64,000 nucleotides of DNA from a bacterium (GTDB taxonomy: Bacteria; Zhuqueibacterota; Zhuqueibacteria; Residuimicrobiales; Krinioviventaceae). This document shows positions 1-11,053 of the stretch, piece by piece (position 1 is the first letter of the stretch; each line of letters starts with the position of its first letter). The notes beneath the pieces are model-generated. The model worked only from the letters and a program-made list of their open reading frames with translations, was not told the origin of the DNA and ran no database searches. A program made the position numbers and the translations under genes. The stretch spans positions 192,001 through 256,000 of the forward strand of contig CAXXFV010000003.1 of assembly GCA_963674595.2 (NCBI GenBank), written 5' to 3'.

Positions 1-508
1 TCTTGAAAAAGAGGGCCTGTTGAAAAAATTCGTGATTGCCGTAACCTATGAAGGATTGATCCTGACGGAAAAAATATACACAAAAGACATTAAAGCCCAG
101 AACCAACCGACCCAACTTGATTTCCCCATATTGCCGGGCTCTGAATTTCTTGCTTCAGAATCCTTAATACAGTATTCCTATGCAAAAGGAGATAATCCGG
201 AGGTTACTATTACCGGCACACTTGTTTTTGATTCAAAAACCGAGTATGATAAAACAGTCGCCTATTTTAAAGACAATACGGGGCTGCAACCGCAACACCT
301 TTACAATGGTAACGGTGTTGGTTTTACTAAAATATTAGCCGGACGTGATTTTACGGAATGGCCGCGACTGACCATCTCGGTAGAAAAATACCAGGCCAAT
401 GGAAGTAATATCGGGAATGAGGAACGGACCCTTATTTCTTATCCATACCGACATGCAAAATGCCGACACCAGCTTTACATAAACAACAACCAGATTCTCT
501 TTAATTAA
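1..508 (+). CDS. Hypothetical protein, probably 5'-truncated by the window edge
   Basis: Frame of ORF 20..508 is open back to base 2; listed start is TTG; no recognisable motif. Confidence 0.6.
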   Translation, partial: LEKEGLLKKFVIAVTYEGLILTEKIYTKDIKAQNQPTQLDFPILPGSEFLASESLIQYSYAKGDNPEVTITGTLVFDSKTEYDKTVAYFKDNTGLQPQHLYNGNGVGFTKILAGRDFTEWPRLTISVEKYQANGSNIGNEERTLISYPYRHAKCRHQLYINNNQILFN

Positions 509-520
509 ATTGAGACATAT

Positions 521-1783
521 ATGAAGCATTTCATTTCACTATTTATATTGTATTTTTTCTTTATCCAAACGACAACCGCTCAGAATAACACAAACAATGT
601 GGTTATGGACAGCCAGGGAAACGAAATGCTTCCCTTTGTAAAGGGTAAAATAACCGTCCAGACTTTTTATGATGAAAACTATACGAACAGTTTCCCGCAA
701 GAATTAATAAACCTGTATGAAGAAAAATTCACCACACTGGTTAATGCCTTTTCTAAACATGATATATTAAATCCGCCAACAGGATTTGAAGTACAGTTAA
801 ATAAAAGAATAAGCGTTTGGAAAAAACATTCCGTACCGGACTTTTTCTTCCCGAATAACGATCCTAAAACAGTTGCCGACCTTGAAATTGCTTTTTCTCC
901 CTATTTTAAAATCGACAATCAACCAATAGTTGACTTTCACAACTCTTCGATATTTTCGATCTATTTAAACAATCCCTATAATATTGCCGGTTCCCCAATT
1001 TTGTCGGACATTTATCCATGTCCCCAAAAAGTGGATAGCTTTCACGGATTCCCGGTTTATCAAACCAATCGTTCTGAAGTGACGATCATCAACCTGACGA
1101 AAAAGCCGTTTTTTATACCTGTCTCTCAGGAAGAGTTTATCCACACCAATATTGCCTATTGGAAAAATGAAATTGAAAAAGACCGGCAAGACGAACAGGA
1201 ATATAAAAACGAGGTCGCTGAACAGCAAAGTAGTGATGAAAAAAAACAGCGTCAACAAGACTTTGAACAGGCATATCAGGAGTTATTAAAATACGATAAA
1301 AATGCAGCAGAAGAATTAAAAAAAGCTTTCCACGAGGCGGAACAGGTAATCATGGGTAATGTGAATGAAAACACAACAGGCGCAGATGTATTTAAAAACA
1401 GTATATCACTGAAACAATCCCAGATTGTGTTACTCGAAGAAAAACTGGCGGCAATGTCTGAGACTGAAAAGCAACAGCAGGCCTTTTATTCAGCAGGTTA
1501 TGTTGATGAAACCAATGGCGTATCCGGTTTATTGCCTCAACAGTTGAAACATGAAGGGGATGCATTGGTGAGAATCAATCCGAATTTAGTTGCTGATAAT
1601 CCGACAAATATACAACTTGTCACCATTCACTGGGACCTGATGGACAATGATTTTTCAGACAGGCCGCGAGAGGCTGAGCCTAATGAAGATGCAGGATTTT
1701 TAACAGACAATAAAATGCTGTCACTGTATAATGACAGCAGCTTCTGGAAAAATATTGTTCATTTAATGAAACAAGAAAATTGA
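521..1783 (+). CDS. Secreted hypothetical protein with central coiled-coil region
   Basis: 420 aa; signal peptide MKHFISLFILYFFFIQTTTA-Q; E/K/Q-rich helical middle. Confidence 0.8.
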   Translation: MKHFISLFILYFFFIQTTTAQNNTNNVVMDSQGNEMLPFVKGKITVQTFYDENYTNSFPQELINLYEEKFTTLVNAFSKHDILNPPTGFEVQLNKRISVWKKHSVPDFFFPNNDPKTVADLEIAFSPYFKIDNQPIVDFHNSSIFSIYLNNPYNIAGSPILSDIYPCPQKVDSFHGFPVYQTNRSEVTIINLTKKPFFIPVSQEEFIHTNIAYWKNEIEKDRQDEQEYKNEVAEQQSSDEKKQRQQDFEQAYQELLKYDKNAAEELKKAFHEAEQVIMGNVNENTTGADVFKNSISLKQSQIVLLEEKLAAMSETEKQQQAFYSAGYVDETNGVSGLLPQQLKHEGDALVRINPNLVADNPTNIQLVTIHWDLMDNDFSDRPREAEPNEDAGFLTDNKMLSLYNDSSFWKNIVHLMKQEN

Positions 1784-1801
1784 GTTAAATGATTTTCCTC
1801 C

Positions 1802-1829
1802 AAAAGGGTGCGCCGAAATGCACCCTTTT
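1802..1829. terminator. Bidirectional intrinsic terminator
   Basis: AAAAGGGTGC-N8-GCACCCTTTT between convergent genes. Confidence 0.8.
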
Positions 1830-2705
1830 CTATTGTAAAATAACTTTGACAGAATCTACACTAACCGATCCAAAAACGCCAATCCCGCCTTCTATTAAAT
1901 TAAAATCAGAACCGGTTAAAGAAGCCATTTCATTTTTAAGCGCATAGTCGTATAACATTCTGTCAAGCGCTTCTACTTTTATCATGACCGTATCGGATAT
2001 AACATCTTCAAGCTCGTTCAACGTATTAAAATCAATATTTTTCAAATCCGCCGGTGAATCGTAATACAACTCATAATCATCCTCATAGATATTCATCCAC
2101 TTTGGTTGATCATAGGAGCCCGGATAAGAGCTTTTGTATTTTACCATAAAAGATACGATATAGGCAATGGATGAAGAACTTTCCTGCCACTTAACCTGTA
2201 GTTCCATTAAATTTGCCCGTTCAATTCGGCTCATATTGGAAGGCGATAAAATTTGGGGTATATCAGGCATTGTTGTTTGAGCTGAAATCTTGTGTCCATC
2301 CGGCGTTTTTATTTCAAGCTTGTATGTTTGCCCGGGAACAGCCGAAAAATCCTGATTTAAATCAATGTACATATCATCAACACTGTAATCATGTTCATAA
2401 TAATAGTGTGTCGAATATGGATTGATACCTTTAACAAAGGTAAAATCTGTTGTATCCGTTTGATTAAAAACTTTGACGACAGCATCATCAACAATAAATT
2501 CTTTTTGCATACCATTCATTTTTTCACTTAATCGCAAGGTACGTTCAATAACAACAAATTCCTGAGAACTATCACTGGAAAGCAAGCCAAAGACACATAA
2601 TTCCGGAGTATATTCCGGCTGAAATATTTCTTCCTTTGGGGTGAAACTATCACAAGAAATAATTAAAAAACAACTATACAAATATAATAAATACTTCATT
2701 ATCAT
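1830..2705 (-). CDS. DUF4249-like lipoprotein, partner of the TonB-dependent receptor
   Basis: Lipobox IISC; PGQTYKLEI and NLIEGGIGVFGS motifs; directly downstream of TBDR. Confidence 0.8.
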   Translation of the reverse strand: MIMKYLLYLYSCFLIISCDSFTPKEEIFQPEYTPELCVFGLLSSDSSQEFVVIERTLRLSEKMNGMQKEFIVDDAVVKVFNQTDTTDFTFVKGINPYSTHYYYEHDYSVDDMYIDLNQDFSAVPGQTYKLEIKTPDGHKISAQTTMPDIPQILSPSNMSRIERANLMELQVKWQESSSSIAYIVSFMVKYKSSYPGSYDQPKWMNIYEDDYELYYDSPADLKNIDFNTLNELEDVISDTVMIKVEALDRMLYDYALKNEMASLTGSDFNLIEGGIGVFGSVSVDSVKVILQ

Positions 2706-2710
2706 CTCCG

Positions 2711-5350
2711 CTAAAATTCAAAATTCACGCCAATCGTGGGAACAAATGGAAACATCCCCAAACCTTTTCTTTTTGCCTGGACTGTATTACCGGTATCAGT
2801 ATATCCCGGTGCCAGGTCATAATCATAGAGAAAAATATTTTGATGATTGCTCATATTTATAATTTGAAAAAACGGCTGCATAGACCATTTACTGTAATGA
2901 TAAGTTTTCATTATACTCAAATCGATCCTGAAATAGGCAGGATATCGATACGAACCCTTTTCAGCTTTGACCGGGATATAATCAGCAGTAACAGAATAGG
3001 GTTCGTCATCCACATAATAATTACTTCTCCAGCCAACAGTCGGTGTTTCCGGCAAACCGGATGCAAAAGTCAATCGTCCGCCTATTTTCCAATTGTTTTT
3101 CATTTCATATCCCGCCACACAGGTCAGCGAATGACGCCGGTCATAATTCGGATAATAGGTTTGGTATTCTTTTTCATAACCTGAATTTTCAATAAAGTTC
3201 GAAGGCCTTGCCGTCATAATTGTTTTCCGCGTATAAGCCAGCGTATAACCAATCCACCCGGTAAAATGTCCTTTTTGTTTACGCAACAAAAACTCTATTC
3301 CCATGGCTTTACCCCATCCGGTTAAAAAATCATCCCTCTCTCCCTTATCTCCAAGTTCATTCAGATCCATCAAATCATCATAGTCTTTATAATAGGTTTC
3401 GACAGAAAACATATACTTGTCATCGTCAAATAGATATTCAAGTCCGGCAATATAATGAAAGGCCTGAATGGGCTTGTAACGCTGATCAATGGGAAACCAG
3501 AGGTCCAATAACCTGAGATAACTGAGAAAATCAATATCTTCAGGATTAAAAGTATAAAAATATTGATGAAAAAGCCCGACAGACGCTTTTAAATTTATAT
3601 TATCCTGAAGCCGATATCGTGTACTGATTCGCGGATCAACCCTGAAATAGTCTCCAAGATTGTAATAGGTGAGCCGGACACCACTTTGAATGTTGAAAAG
3701 CGGGGAAACTTTCCAATCGTCCTGTATATAAGCGGAATAGAATTTCGATTTTCTGTTATAGTCGATAAGAGTATAATCATTGAACTTGAGAAATATTTTA
3801 AATTTTAGCTGTTGGTATTGCAGTCCCAATTTCATTTCATGTTTATCGGACATGAACCAGGTCAGGTCATTTTGAAAAGAATAATCATGGATTAAATCTT
3901 CTGCTCTTCCACTTTCATTCATATAATCACCGTCGTATTTTACCCTGAACCGGCTTCTTGTAAAAACTGTTTCAGAGAACAAACGGGGATTAAAAATATA
4001 TTGCCATTTCAGGGCTGTAGAAAAATTTCCAAACCGAATGTCTGTTGTTTCTTTATATGATCGGTACTGTTCAATTGTATAATCATATTTGTCCTTATCC
4101 TCCTCTGCATAAAGTACATCGTCACCATAAAAGCCGCTTAAGGTTAGTTTACTGTTTTCAGAAAAGGAATAGTTTATTTTCCCGTTAAAGTCATAAAAAT
4201 AATAAGGAAAATTAAAATCATCATCAATCCGGCCTTTTATAAAGGTATTGTAAATAAAATCAAAATAGGTTCGCCTTGCCGAAATTAAAAACGAACCCTT
4301 TGGAATGGGACCTTCCAGTAATAGTTTTGAGCTCAACAGACTGATACTTCCCTTGCCTTGAATTTCCTGATTATTTCCGTCTTTATTGGTTACGGAAATT
4401 ACGGAAGAGACCGCATTACCATATCGGGCTGGAAATCCTCCCAGGGAAATATCAACACTCTTGATGGCATCGGTGTTAAAGGTGCTGAATACACCGCCCA
4501 GGTGATAGGGATTATATATTCGAACGTCATCCAGCAGAATAATGTTTTCAGAAGGATTACCGCCGCGAATATAAAGAGCACTGGAAAAATCACTTTGAGT
4601 AATAACACCGGGCAGCGATTGTATGGTTCGGAACAGATCAGCTTCTACAAATGAAGGCGCTGTTTCAATTTCCCTGCGTGAAATCTGAATGGCGCTGGGT
4701 TCAATCTGCTGTTCAAATTTTTCACGTTCAGCGGTTTTTATAACCGTTTCACCCATAATTGCAGACGGCTCCAGCAAAAAATCATGGGAAAGTGTTTTAC
4801 CTCCTAAAAACATGAACTCTTTTTCACCAATACCGTACCCAAGCATCATCGCCTGTATTTTTAATTTACCATCCGGAATATTGGTGATCACATAATAACC
4901 ATTTTCATCAGCAGCGTCGCCCAGATAATAACCGTCGACAACAACATTGGCATAGGGAACAGTTTCGCCATTGGTTTTATCCCGGACAAAACCTTTAATA
5001 ATATTCTTGCCCCTACCTGTTTTAGGTGGCACATTTGTTTTTTTGGGAACAATAATATATTGATTGGAGGATTTTTTCCAGGTCAGGGATGTGGACTTTA
5101 ATAAAATGTCCAATCCTTTTTCAACAACAACATCCTCTGCTTTGGCTGTAATTATAATATTTTTGGTCTGTTTCTCCTGGTAGGCTATTGCCAGATCATA
5201 GTCTTTGATCAATGTGTTGAGAGCATTTCCCAGTGGTTTGTCTTTAAATGAGAATGATATCTTTTTTTCAAGTGATTGAGCAAATAATATACTGCATAGC
5301 AGTAAAAGAACATATATAGCATTATTGAAATGTAATCGTATTTTTTTCAA
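2711..5350 (-). CDS. TonB-dependent receptor with N-terminal STN signalling and carboxypeptidase-regulatory-like domains
   Basis: STN-like N-terminus; plug motif LYIRGG..NPYHLGG..GGFPARYG; C-terminal aromatic strand IGVNFEF. Confidence 0.92.
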   Translation of the reverse strand: MKKIRLHFNNAIYVLLLLCSILFAQSLEKKISFSFKDKPLGNALNTLIKDYDLAIAYQEKQTKNIIITAKAEDVVVEKGLDILLKSTSLTWKKSSNQYIIVPKKTNVPPKTGRGKNIIKGFVRDKTNGETVPYANVVVDGYYLGDAADENGYYVITNIPDGKLKIQAMMLGYGIGEKEFMFLGGKTLSHDFLLEPSAIMGETVIKTAEREKFEQQIEPSAIQISRREIETAPSFVEADLFRTIQSLPGVITQSDFSSALYIRGGNPSENIILLDDVRIYNPYHLGGVFSTFNTDAIKSVDISLGGFPARYGNAVSSVISVTNKDGNNQEIQGKGSISLLSSKLLLEGPIPKGSFLISARRTYFDFIYNTFIKGRIDDDFNFPYYFYDFNGKINYSFSENSKLTLSGFYGDDVLYAEEDKDKYDYTIEQYRSYKETTDIRFGNFSTALKWQYIFNPRLFSETVFTRSRFRVKYDGDYMNESGRAEDLIHDYSFQNDLTWFMSDKHEMKLGLQYQQLKFKIFLKFNDYTLIDYNRKSKFYSAYIQDDWKVSPLFNIQSGVRLTYYNLGDYFRVDPRISTRYRLQDNINLKASVGLFHQYFYTFNPEDIDFLSYLRLLDLWFPIDQRYKPIQAFHYIAGLEYLFDDDKYMFSVETYYKDYDDLMDLNELGDKGERDDFLTGWGKAMGIEFLLRKQKGHFTGWIGYTLAYTRKTIMTARPSNFIENSGYEKEYQTYYPNYDRRHSLTCVAGYEMKNNWKIGGRLTFASGLPETPTVGWRSNYYVDDEPYSVTADYIPVKAEKGSYRYPAYFRIDLSIMKTYHYSKWSMQPFFQIINMSNHQNIFLYDYDLAPGYTDTGNTVQAKRKGLGMFPFVPTIGVNFEF

Positions 5351-6269
5351 TCCTATAATCCTTATCTACGAGTACGCTGACAGCCTGCAAAAGATTATGT
5401 AAATCATTCGCATCAAAAAGTCCTGAAAACTCGGTATTTCCCAAATCAACATCATTTATAATGATGGTTACATCAAAACGGCGTTCAATTTCATCGCACA
5501 ACTGCCGGAACGTGGATTGTTTTGCAGAAATGTTTCCATCAAGCCATCCTGGAAAACTTGCAAACCCGATTTTTTGTGGAGCATCTGGAAAGCTACCCGT
5601 TGTACACGAGATATATTGGTCCTGTGTCAACGTAATAGTGCTGTCTTTATGGGCTGCTTCCACAGAAAATTTCACCACGCCCTCATTTACGGCTATTTGT
5701 ATACGATTATCTCTTTCTTTAATGTTAAACGCTGTTCCGACAACTGTTACTGTTCCCGAATTTGTTTTCACGAAAAACGGATGTTTGCCCTTTTCAACGT
5801 TAAAATAAGCTTCACCCGCCAACTCAACTTTTCTGGAAATAGCAGAAAAACCTTTTGCAACAATCAGTCGGCTGTCACAATTCAAGCGGACCTCTGAATT
5901 GTCGGCCAGTTTCACGGTTAGTTTTTCCGCTCTGCCGGTCACATATTCCTTTCCTGATGGAACAAAAACAAACCAGACAAACAACAGCGCTAAAACGCAT
6001 ACTGTTGCAAAGCCGACAGCAAACCGGGGTAATGTCAGAATAGAAGTATTATTTTTTGCATGAACACGTTCTTTTTCCCGAATACGCCTATAGATAGCTT
6101 GCCATTCCTGTTCACTTGCCGGAGGTTCCGGTAGATTGAATTTTCCGGGGCTGGTTAGCTCATCAACAATGCGTTGTTGTTCAGCTTTATTTTCAAAGGG
6201 TTTGGTTCTCTTCCAATGTAAAAAGGAATTCATAAGGTCCTCACTAATTAAGGACAGCAATGTGGCCAC
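5322..6269 (-). CDS. FecR-family anti-sigma factor (start possibly 6233)
   Basis: Single TM followed by LADNSEVRLN, GEAYFNV, VVGTAFN FecR motifs. Confidence 0.92.
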   Translation of the reverse strand: MATLLSLISEDLMNSFLHWKRTKPFENKAEQQRIVDELTSPGKFNLPEPPASEQEWQAIYRRIREKERVHAKNNTSILTLPRFAVGFATVCVLALLFVWFVFVPSGKEYVTGRAEKLTVKLADNSEVRLNCDSRLIVAKGFSAISRKVELAGEAYFNVEKGKHPFFVKTNSGTVTVVGTAFNIKERDNRIQIAVNEGVVKFSVEAAHKDSTITLTQDQYISCTTGSFPDAPQKIGFASFPGWLDGNISAKQSTFRQLCDEIERRFDVTIIINDVDLGNTEFSGLFDANDLHNLLQAVSVLVDKDYRIEKNTITFQ

Positions 6270-6315
6270 ATGTGCTGCGAATTCATATTAAATACGATCC
6301 AGTTGCTCGATACAC

Positions 6316-6948
6316 CTATAAATATTTTATAATTTTTTTTCTTATTATCTGCAATGCTTTACTTAGCTGATTTTCCACAGTTTTTTTACTGATATTCAGC
6401 ATCTCTGCAATTTCGATGATTGATTTTTCTTTAAAACGGCTCAGAATAAATATTTCCCGGCATTTTGGCGGCAGGTGATGATTAACGATTTTGATTAATA
6501 CCTGCTGTAATTGTTTAAAATGAATGTCCTTATCCGGTGAATTGACTGATCTTTCATATAATCCGGTTACCGTTTCATTATGTTTGTCTTTCACCTTTAC
6601 ATGCCTGCAATGGTCTTTGTATAAATTTTCCGCAATTTTAACCAAATAGGCCCAAAAGGAGCATTTGGGATTTAATCCCGTTCGTTTTTCCCATAACCGG
6701 ACAAACACTTCCTGTGCAATGTCCTGACAAAGATCATAGTCCATGCAGCGTACGTACAAATAATGAAACAACATGGGATGAAAATGTTTAAAAATTTGTT
6801 TATACGCCCGAATATCAGAGTTTTTTACAGCTTGCACCAGCTCTTCAATTTGAAAACCGGTTGCCTTTTCGTTAATCGTTTTCCCGACTTTTTCCTGCAT
6901 TGAAATAATCATTCCTCTGTTCTGTTTTTTTGTCAGAGCATTATACAT
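6316..6948 (-). CDS. ECF RNA polymerase sigma-70 factor
   Basis: DIAQEVFVRLW (region 2), LPPKCREIFILSR..EIAEMLNISKKTVENQ (region 4); upstream of fecR. Confidence 0.93.
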   Translation of the reverse strand: MYNALTKKQNRGMIISMQEKVGKTINEKATGFQIEELVQAVKNSDIRAYKQIFKHFHPMLFHYLYVRCMDYDLCQDIAQEVFVRLWEKRTGLNPKCSFWAYLVKIAENLYKDHCRHVKVKDKHNETVTGLYERSVNSPDKDIHFKQLQQVLIKIVNHHLPPKCREIFILSRFKEKSIIEIAEMLNISKKTVENQLSKALQIIRKKIIKYL

Positions 6949-7021
6949 ATTTTTTTCGTGATTTTTAAGTAAAATTTATTTCATTTTTTTTAAAATGGTA
7001 TGCGATGTGTAATTTATTTCA

Positions 7022-7190
7022 CCAATTCCCATCTTTTAATTTTTTTTAAAAGAACTTGAACTTTTATCATATAATTTGTACCATATTTAATAAGTCATAG
7101 AGAATTATTTTTCAAGATAACTAAAAAACTAAATATTTCTGAGACCTGATTCTCATTTTGACTGATTTTCCATTTTTCAAATACGGGTCT
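7022..7190 (+). repeat. Degenerate copy (D) of dispersed promoter + leader element
   Basis: TTGAAC(7056)-17-TACCAT(7079); 21-nt TTTCCATTTTTCAAATACGGG (7167-7187) identical to 47328-47348. Confidence 0.7.
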
Positions 7191-7320
7191 TTAAATTATA
7201 TGTGAAAAATTGTCACACCTGACTGACATTTTTCATCTTAAACTTTTGTATAGTTAAGAATTACGGCACTAAACATCGATGCCATAATAATTTCATTTCA
7301 TTGATAACGTGGAGAAAATT

Positions 7321-8199
7321 ATGAAAAAAACGTTGCTGTTCTTTTTGGGTATTCTGTTCATGGCAACATTCGTGTTTGCTCAATCAATCACTTTTTATGG
7401 TGGTTCCAGCTTTTATCAAGTCGAGGGTCCCTCAACGAATATTTATGATACTAACCCCGGCGGTTGGCCTTTAGGCGGACCAGGAGAGTATATTGTCAAT
7501 ACACCAGATTTTTCCTGGTTTGTGGATCCCGGTCCTTATGACATATCGGGCGATCAAAACGGAAATGGTCCAGGCTCTTTCATTCTGGAAGACAATTCTT
7601 TACCTGTGCAAATGAGTTTATTTACAGCACAACAAAAAGGCCGGTCTGTTTTAATCGAATGGGTCACTGAGAGTGAGCTGGACAACCTGGGTTTTATTCT
7701 GGAACGTTCATTAGACAAAGAGACATGGCAAAAAATAGCTTCCTATGAAACTTGCAACGATTTTAAAGGCCAGGGCACAACATCAACCAGAACGGAATAT
7801 TCATTTACTGATAGTGACGTCACTATTGGGAATAGTTATTATTATAAACTGTCCGATCTAAGTACAGAGGGAAATGTTTGCAGCTACAGGTCCACCTTTG
7901 TTAATCTTGAAGCGCTTCCGCAAACAACCCTGATGCAGAAAGCTTATCCAAATCCATTTAATCCGCAAACGTACATCCAATACCAATTATCAAAAGCGTC
8001 TAATGTGAAAATCACGGTATATGACATGCTCGGACATTCCGTCAAAACACTCTTTAATGGTGAACAAGCCGAAGGCTGTTACCAAACTTATTGGAACGGA
8101 ACAGACCAAAACGGCCGCCACACAGCCTCGGGCACCTATCTTATCCAGATGGAAACAGAAAATACAACAGAGGTACAAAAAGTACTTTATATAAAATAA
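7321..8199 (+). CDS. Secreted protein with short cargo and C-terminal FlgD-Ig/T9SS-like sorting domain
   Basis: Signal peptide ending VFA-Q; LPVQMSLFTA..W.TESELDNLGF module; AYPNPFNP...VYDMLG...WNGTD...SGTY CTD. Confidence 0.85.
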   Translation: MKKTLLFFLGILFMATFVFAQSITFYGGSSFYQVEGPSTNIYDTNPGGWPLGGPGEYIVNTPDFSWFVDPGPYDISGDQNGNGPGSFILEDNSLPVQMSLFTAQQKGRSVLIEWVTESELDNLGFILERSLDKETWQKIASYETCNDFKGQGTTSTRTEYSFTDSDVTIGNSYYYKLSDLSTEGNVCSYRSTFVNLEALPQTTLMQKAYPNPFNPQTYIQYQLSKASNVKITVYDMLGHSVKTLFNGEQAEGCYQTYWNGTDQNGRHTASGTYLIQMETENTTEVQKVLYIK

Positions 8200-8240
8200 A
8201 GATATAATTTTCAAAACACTAAAAAACAAAATCTCAATAT

Positions 8241-8275
8241 AATGGAATTAGGGTAAAAAGGGCCCTAATTCCATT
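8241..8275. terminator. Stem-loop, likely terminator
   Basis: 13-bp perfect IR AATGGAATTAGGG/CCCTAATTCCATT after the stop at 8199. Confidence 0.65.
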
Positions 8276-8416
8276 AAATAATTCTTATAGGTTACTTGCC
8301 CTTATATTTAAAAACATCTATCCCCTCCTTTTTTAAAATCAATAGATAAAAAAACCTTGACCTGACTAGAGCTTTATAGCTTATATTCAATTTTTAAATT
8401 TAACTATGAGGTAATA

Positions 8417-9589
8417 ATGAGGTCATTGTTTTCACGAAATTTCATTCTCCTATGGCAAGGTCAGTTCATCAGCAAAATCGGTACTTTTTTATTTAATATT
8501 GCGTTAATATTATACATTAAAGAGCATACCAACAGCGCTGCCGTTATTTCATTAATTCTTATCGCAGGAAACACACCGGAAATATTTTTAGCGCCGCTTG
8601 GCGGGACATTGGCGGATCTGTTTTCCAGAAAAAAGATCATCATTTTTTCGGATATCATTAGTGGTATTTTTATAATCGGAATTACAGGTTTGATCGCCCA
8701 GGGGATTTTTTCAGACAGTATAAACCTGGTGCTGTTATTTTTCCTCTCACTGGTTCTGGGTCTCTGCGGTGCCTGTTTTTCACCTGCGGTTTCAGCGCTG
8801 GTTCCACAATTGGTTGATAAAAAAATACTCCATTCTGCAAACGCCATGTTTCAATCCACATCACAATTGTCTATGGTGCTTGGCCAGGCTATCGGCGGAT
8901 TATTTTATACAAAAACAGGGGCTGTTTTGCTTTTTTTTATAAACGGGGCAAGCTTTATTATTTCAGGATTTTCCGAAATTTTTATTCGTATTGAAAAAAC
9001 TAATCCACAACAAAAAAAATCCTGGAAAGACCTGAACAGTCAATTTAAAGCCAATTTTAAGGATGGGTTCCATTATTGCCGGCATAACAAACAATTGCAA
9101 TATTTGTTTTTAATAATCGGCATTTATCACTTTTTTGTTGCGCCGTTGCCCATTCTTATTCCATTTTGGGTTTCAGATGTTCTTTTCCTAAATGAACAGT
9201 GGACAGGCTTTTTGTTTGCCGGATTTGCAATGGGTATTTTAGTCGGTTTTACCATTGCCGGGACTGTTGATTTTTTATCGAAAAACATTACAAAAATTAT
9301 TACTGTATTATTTTTATTCTCGTCAGTTTCATTTATTATATTTCCTTTGTTTCACTCTGCTTTTATCAGTATACTATGCCTTGTTTGTTTAGGTATAATT
9401 GTCGGAATAGTGATTGTAATACATATAACTTTTATCCAAAAAATTACACCGCAAAATTTTCATGGCCGGGTATTTGGCTTTTTAAATACAATTACAAATG
9501 CAACAATACCTATTGGTTTGGGGATTTACGGTTTGGTACTTGACATATTGAATAAAACAATAGGTCGTTCATTATCTACCAGTGAGTAA
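8417..9589 (+). CDS. MFS transporter (DHA3-like), 3'-truncated by IS256
   Basis: NFILLWQGQFIS, GTLADLFSRKK, GRVFG motifs; stop codon lies inside the IS inverted repeat; last helix appears missing. Confidence 0.82.
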   Translation: MRSLFSRNFILLWQGQFISKIGTFLFNIALILYIKEHTNSAAVISLILIAGNTPEIFLAPLGGTLADLFSRKKIIIFSDIISGIFIIGITGLIAQGIFSDSINLVLLFFLSLVLGLCGACFSPAVSALVPQLVDKKILHSANAMFQSTSQLSMVLGQAIGGLFYTKTGAVLLFFINGASFIISGFSEIFIRIEKTNPQQKKSWKDLNSQFKANFKDGFHYCRHNKQLQYLFLIIGIYHFFVAPLPILIPFWVSDVLFLNEQWTGFLFAGFAMGILVGFTIAGTVDFLSKNITKIITVLFLFSSVSFIIFPLFHSAFISILCLVCLGIIVGIVIVIHITFIQKITPQNFHGRVFGFLNTITNATIPIGLGIYGLVLDILNKTIGRSLSTSE

Positions 9590-11014
9590 TTGTCAATAGT
9601 TGTGGATCAAAAAGGTATCCTTTTTTAAAATAATTAAGCTGCCAACTTAAACAATTCCTTATTTTCAGGTTCACCATCAATAAATTTTTCACCACTGGCA
9701 ACAAAGGGAATCCATTTATATCCTCGTAAACGCCGCCATCGTTTTTCAGCTTCTTTTGCCAATTTAAAAACCATCGTCAAAGTTGCCATCCTTGAACCGC
9801 AACCTTTGGTACGCCGGGTTCTTAATTTTACTGTAGCAAAGGTCGATTCTATTGGATTTGTGGTACGAATGTGCTGCCAGTGAACAGCCGGAAAATCATA
9901 AAACGCAAAGAGTTGGTCATAGTCTTTGACCAGGCATTGCACAGCACGAGGATATTTATCTTAATATATTTTTTGAAATCGTTGATAAGCAACTATTGCC
10001 TTCTCTTTTGTTTCAGCCATATACATTTCATGAATTAACCGTTTGGCATTTGTCTGCACGCTTTTGGGCATTTTATCAAGAATGTTGGCTGTCTTGTGGA
10101 CCCAGCAACGTTGCTCACGAGAATTGGGAAACACTTGGGGTAATGCTTTCCAAAATCCAAGGGCACCATCGGCAACCGACAGTTTCGGGTCTGCTTCCAG
10201 TCCCTGGTCCTTTAATTCCAACAGCAACTCTTTCCAGCTTAATTCACTTTCCCGTATCCCTTCTTTAACTGCCAAAAGCTCTTTTTGTCCATGTTCATCT
10301 GCACCGATAATTACTAAAATACAGGAACTTGTACCTTCCAGACGAACATTAAAATAAACACCATCAGCCCAAAAGTAGACATAGTGCCTGTTGGACAGAT
10401 CGCGCCTACTCCATTGCTTATACTCTGTTTCCCATTCCTCTTTTAATCGCACAACCGTGTTGGCGGAAAGGCCTTTGCCTTTTTCTCCAAGTATGGCTGA
10501 TAAAGCTGATGGAAAATCCTGTGTCGAGATACCCCGTAAATAAAGGGCAGGTATCAAATTATTCAGGCTGGGTGTACGACGCAGGTATTTGGGTAATATA
10601 TCACTTGAAAAACCTTCAACACCAAGATTGTTCCGTAATTTTCAGTCGTCCACGCGTGGTTGTCGTATCGTAATCGGACCCGAACTTGACATGATCTCTC
10701 GCTCCGGCATATAACCATTTCGTACAGCCAAACGGTGACCATCCTTATCTCTGTCGTTTTTATAACGCTCTAGATATTCTTTCACTTCTGCTTCAACGGC
10801 TACTGTTAATAATTGTTGGGCTCCCTTACGTATAATCTCATCCAAACTTTCTTTAAATGTTGTCCTTTTCGCTTGCGCTTCTGCATTGGCAATTGTACAT
10901 TTGTTCATAGCGTGTCCTTTTAGTTTACTCTTTTTTATCCGAAATTTTGTTTTACTAAAGGATACGCTATTTTTATTAACTTTTCAACTCATCCACAACA
11001 TTTGAATATAACTC
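9584..11014 (-). mobile_element. IS256-family insertion sequence (~1.43 kb), inactivated
   Basis: Imperfect terminal IRs GAGTAATTGTCAATAGTTGTGGAT (9584) and ATCCACAACATTTGAATATAACTC (ends 11014); Mutator-type transposase inside. Confidence 0.88.
9634..10908 (-). pseudogene. IS256 transposase pseudogene with two in-frame stops
   Basis: RNGY, LYLRGIST, WADGVY, DGALGFW, QRCWVHK, RTTNPIES in one frame, broken by TGA 10642-10644 and TAA 9961-9963. Confidence 0.92.
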
Positions 11015-11053
11015 GTAAACGGACTAAAGTAGATATAAAAAAAAAATCAAAAC

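Noticed and set aside
9961-10644. In-frame stops in the IS256 transposase as recoding or alternative genetic code
   Set aside because: Two different stops (TGA, TAA), not at a redox Cys position; other genes use both as normal stops
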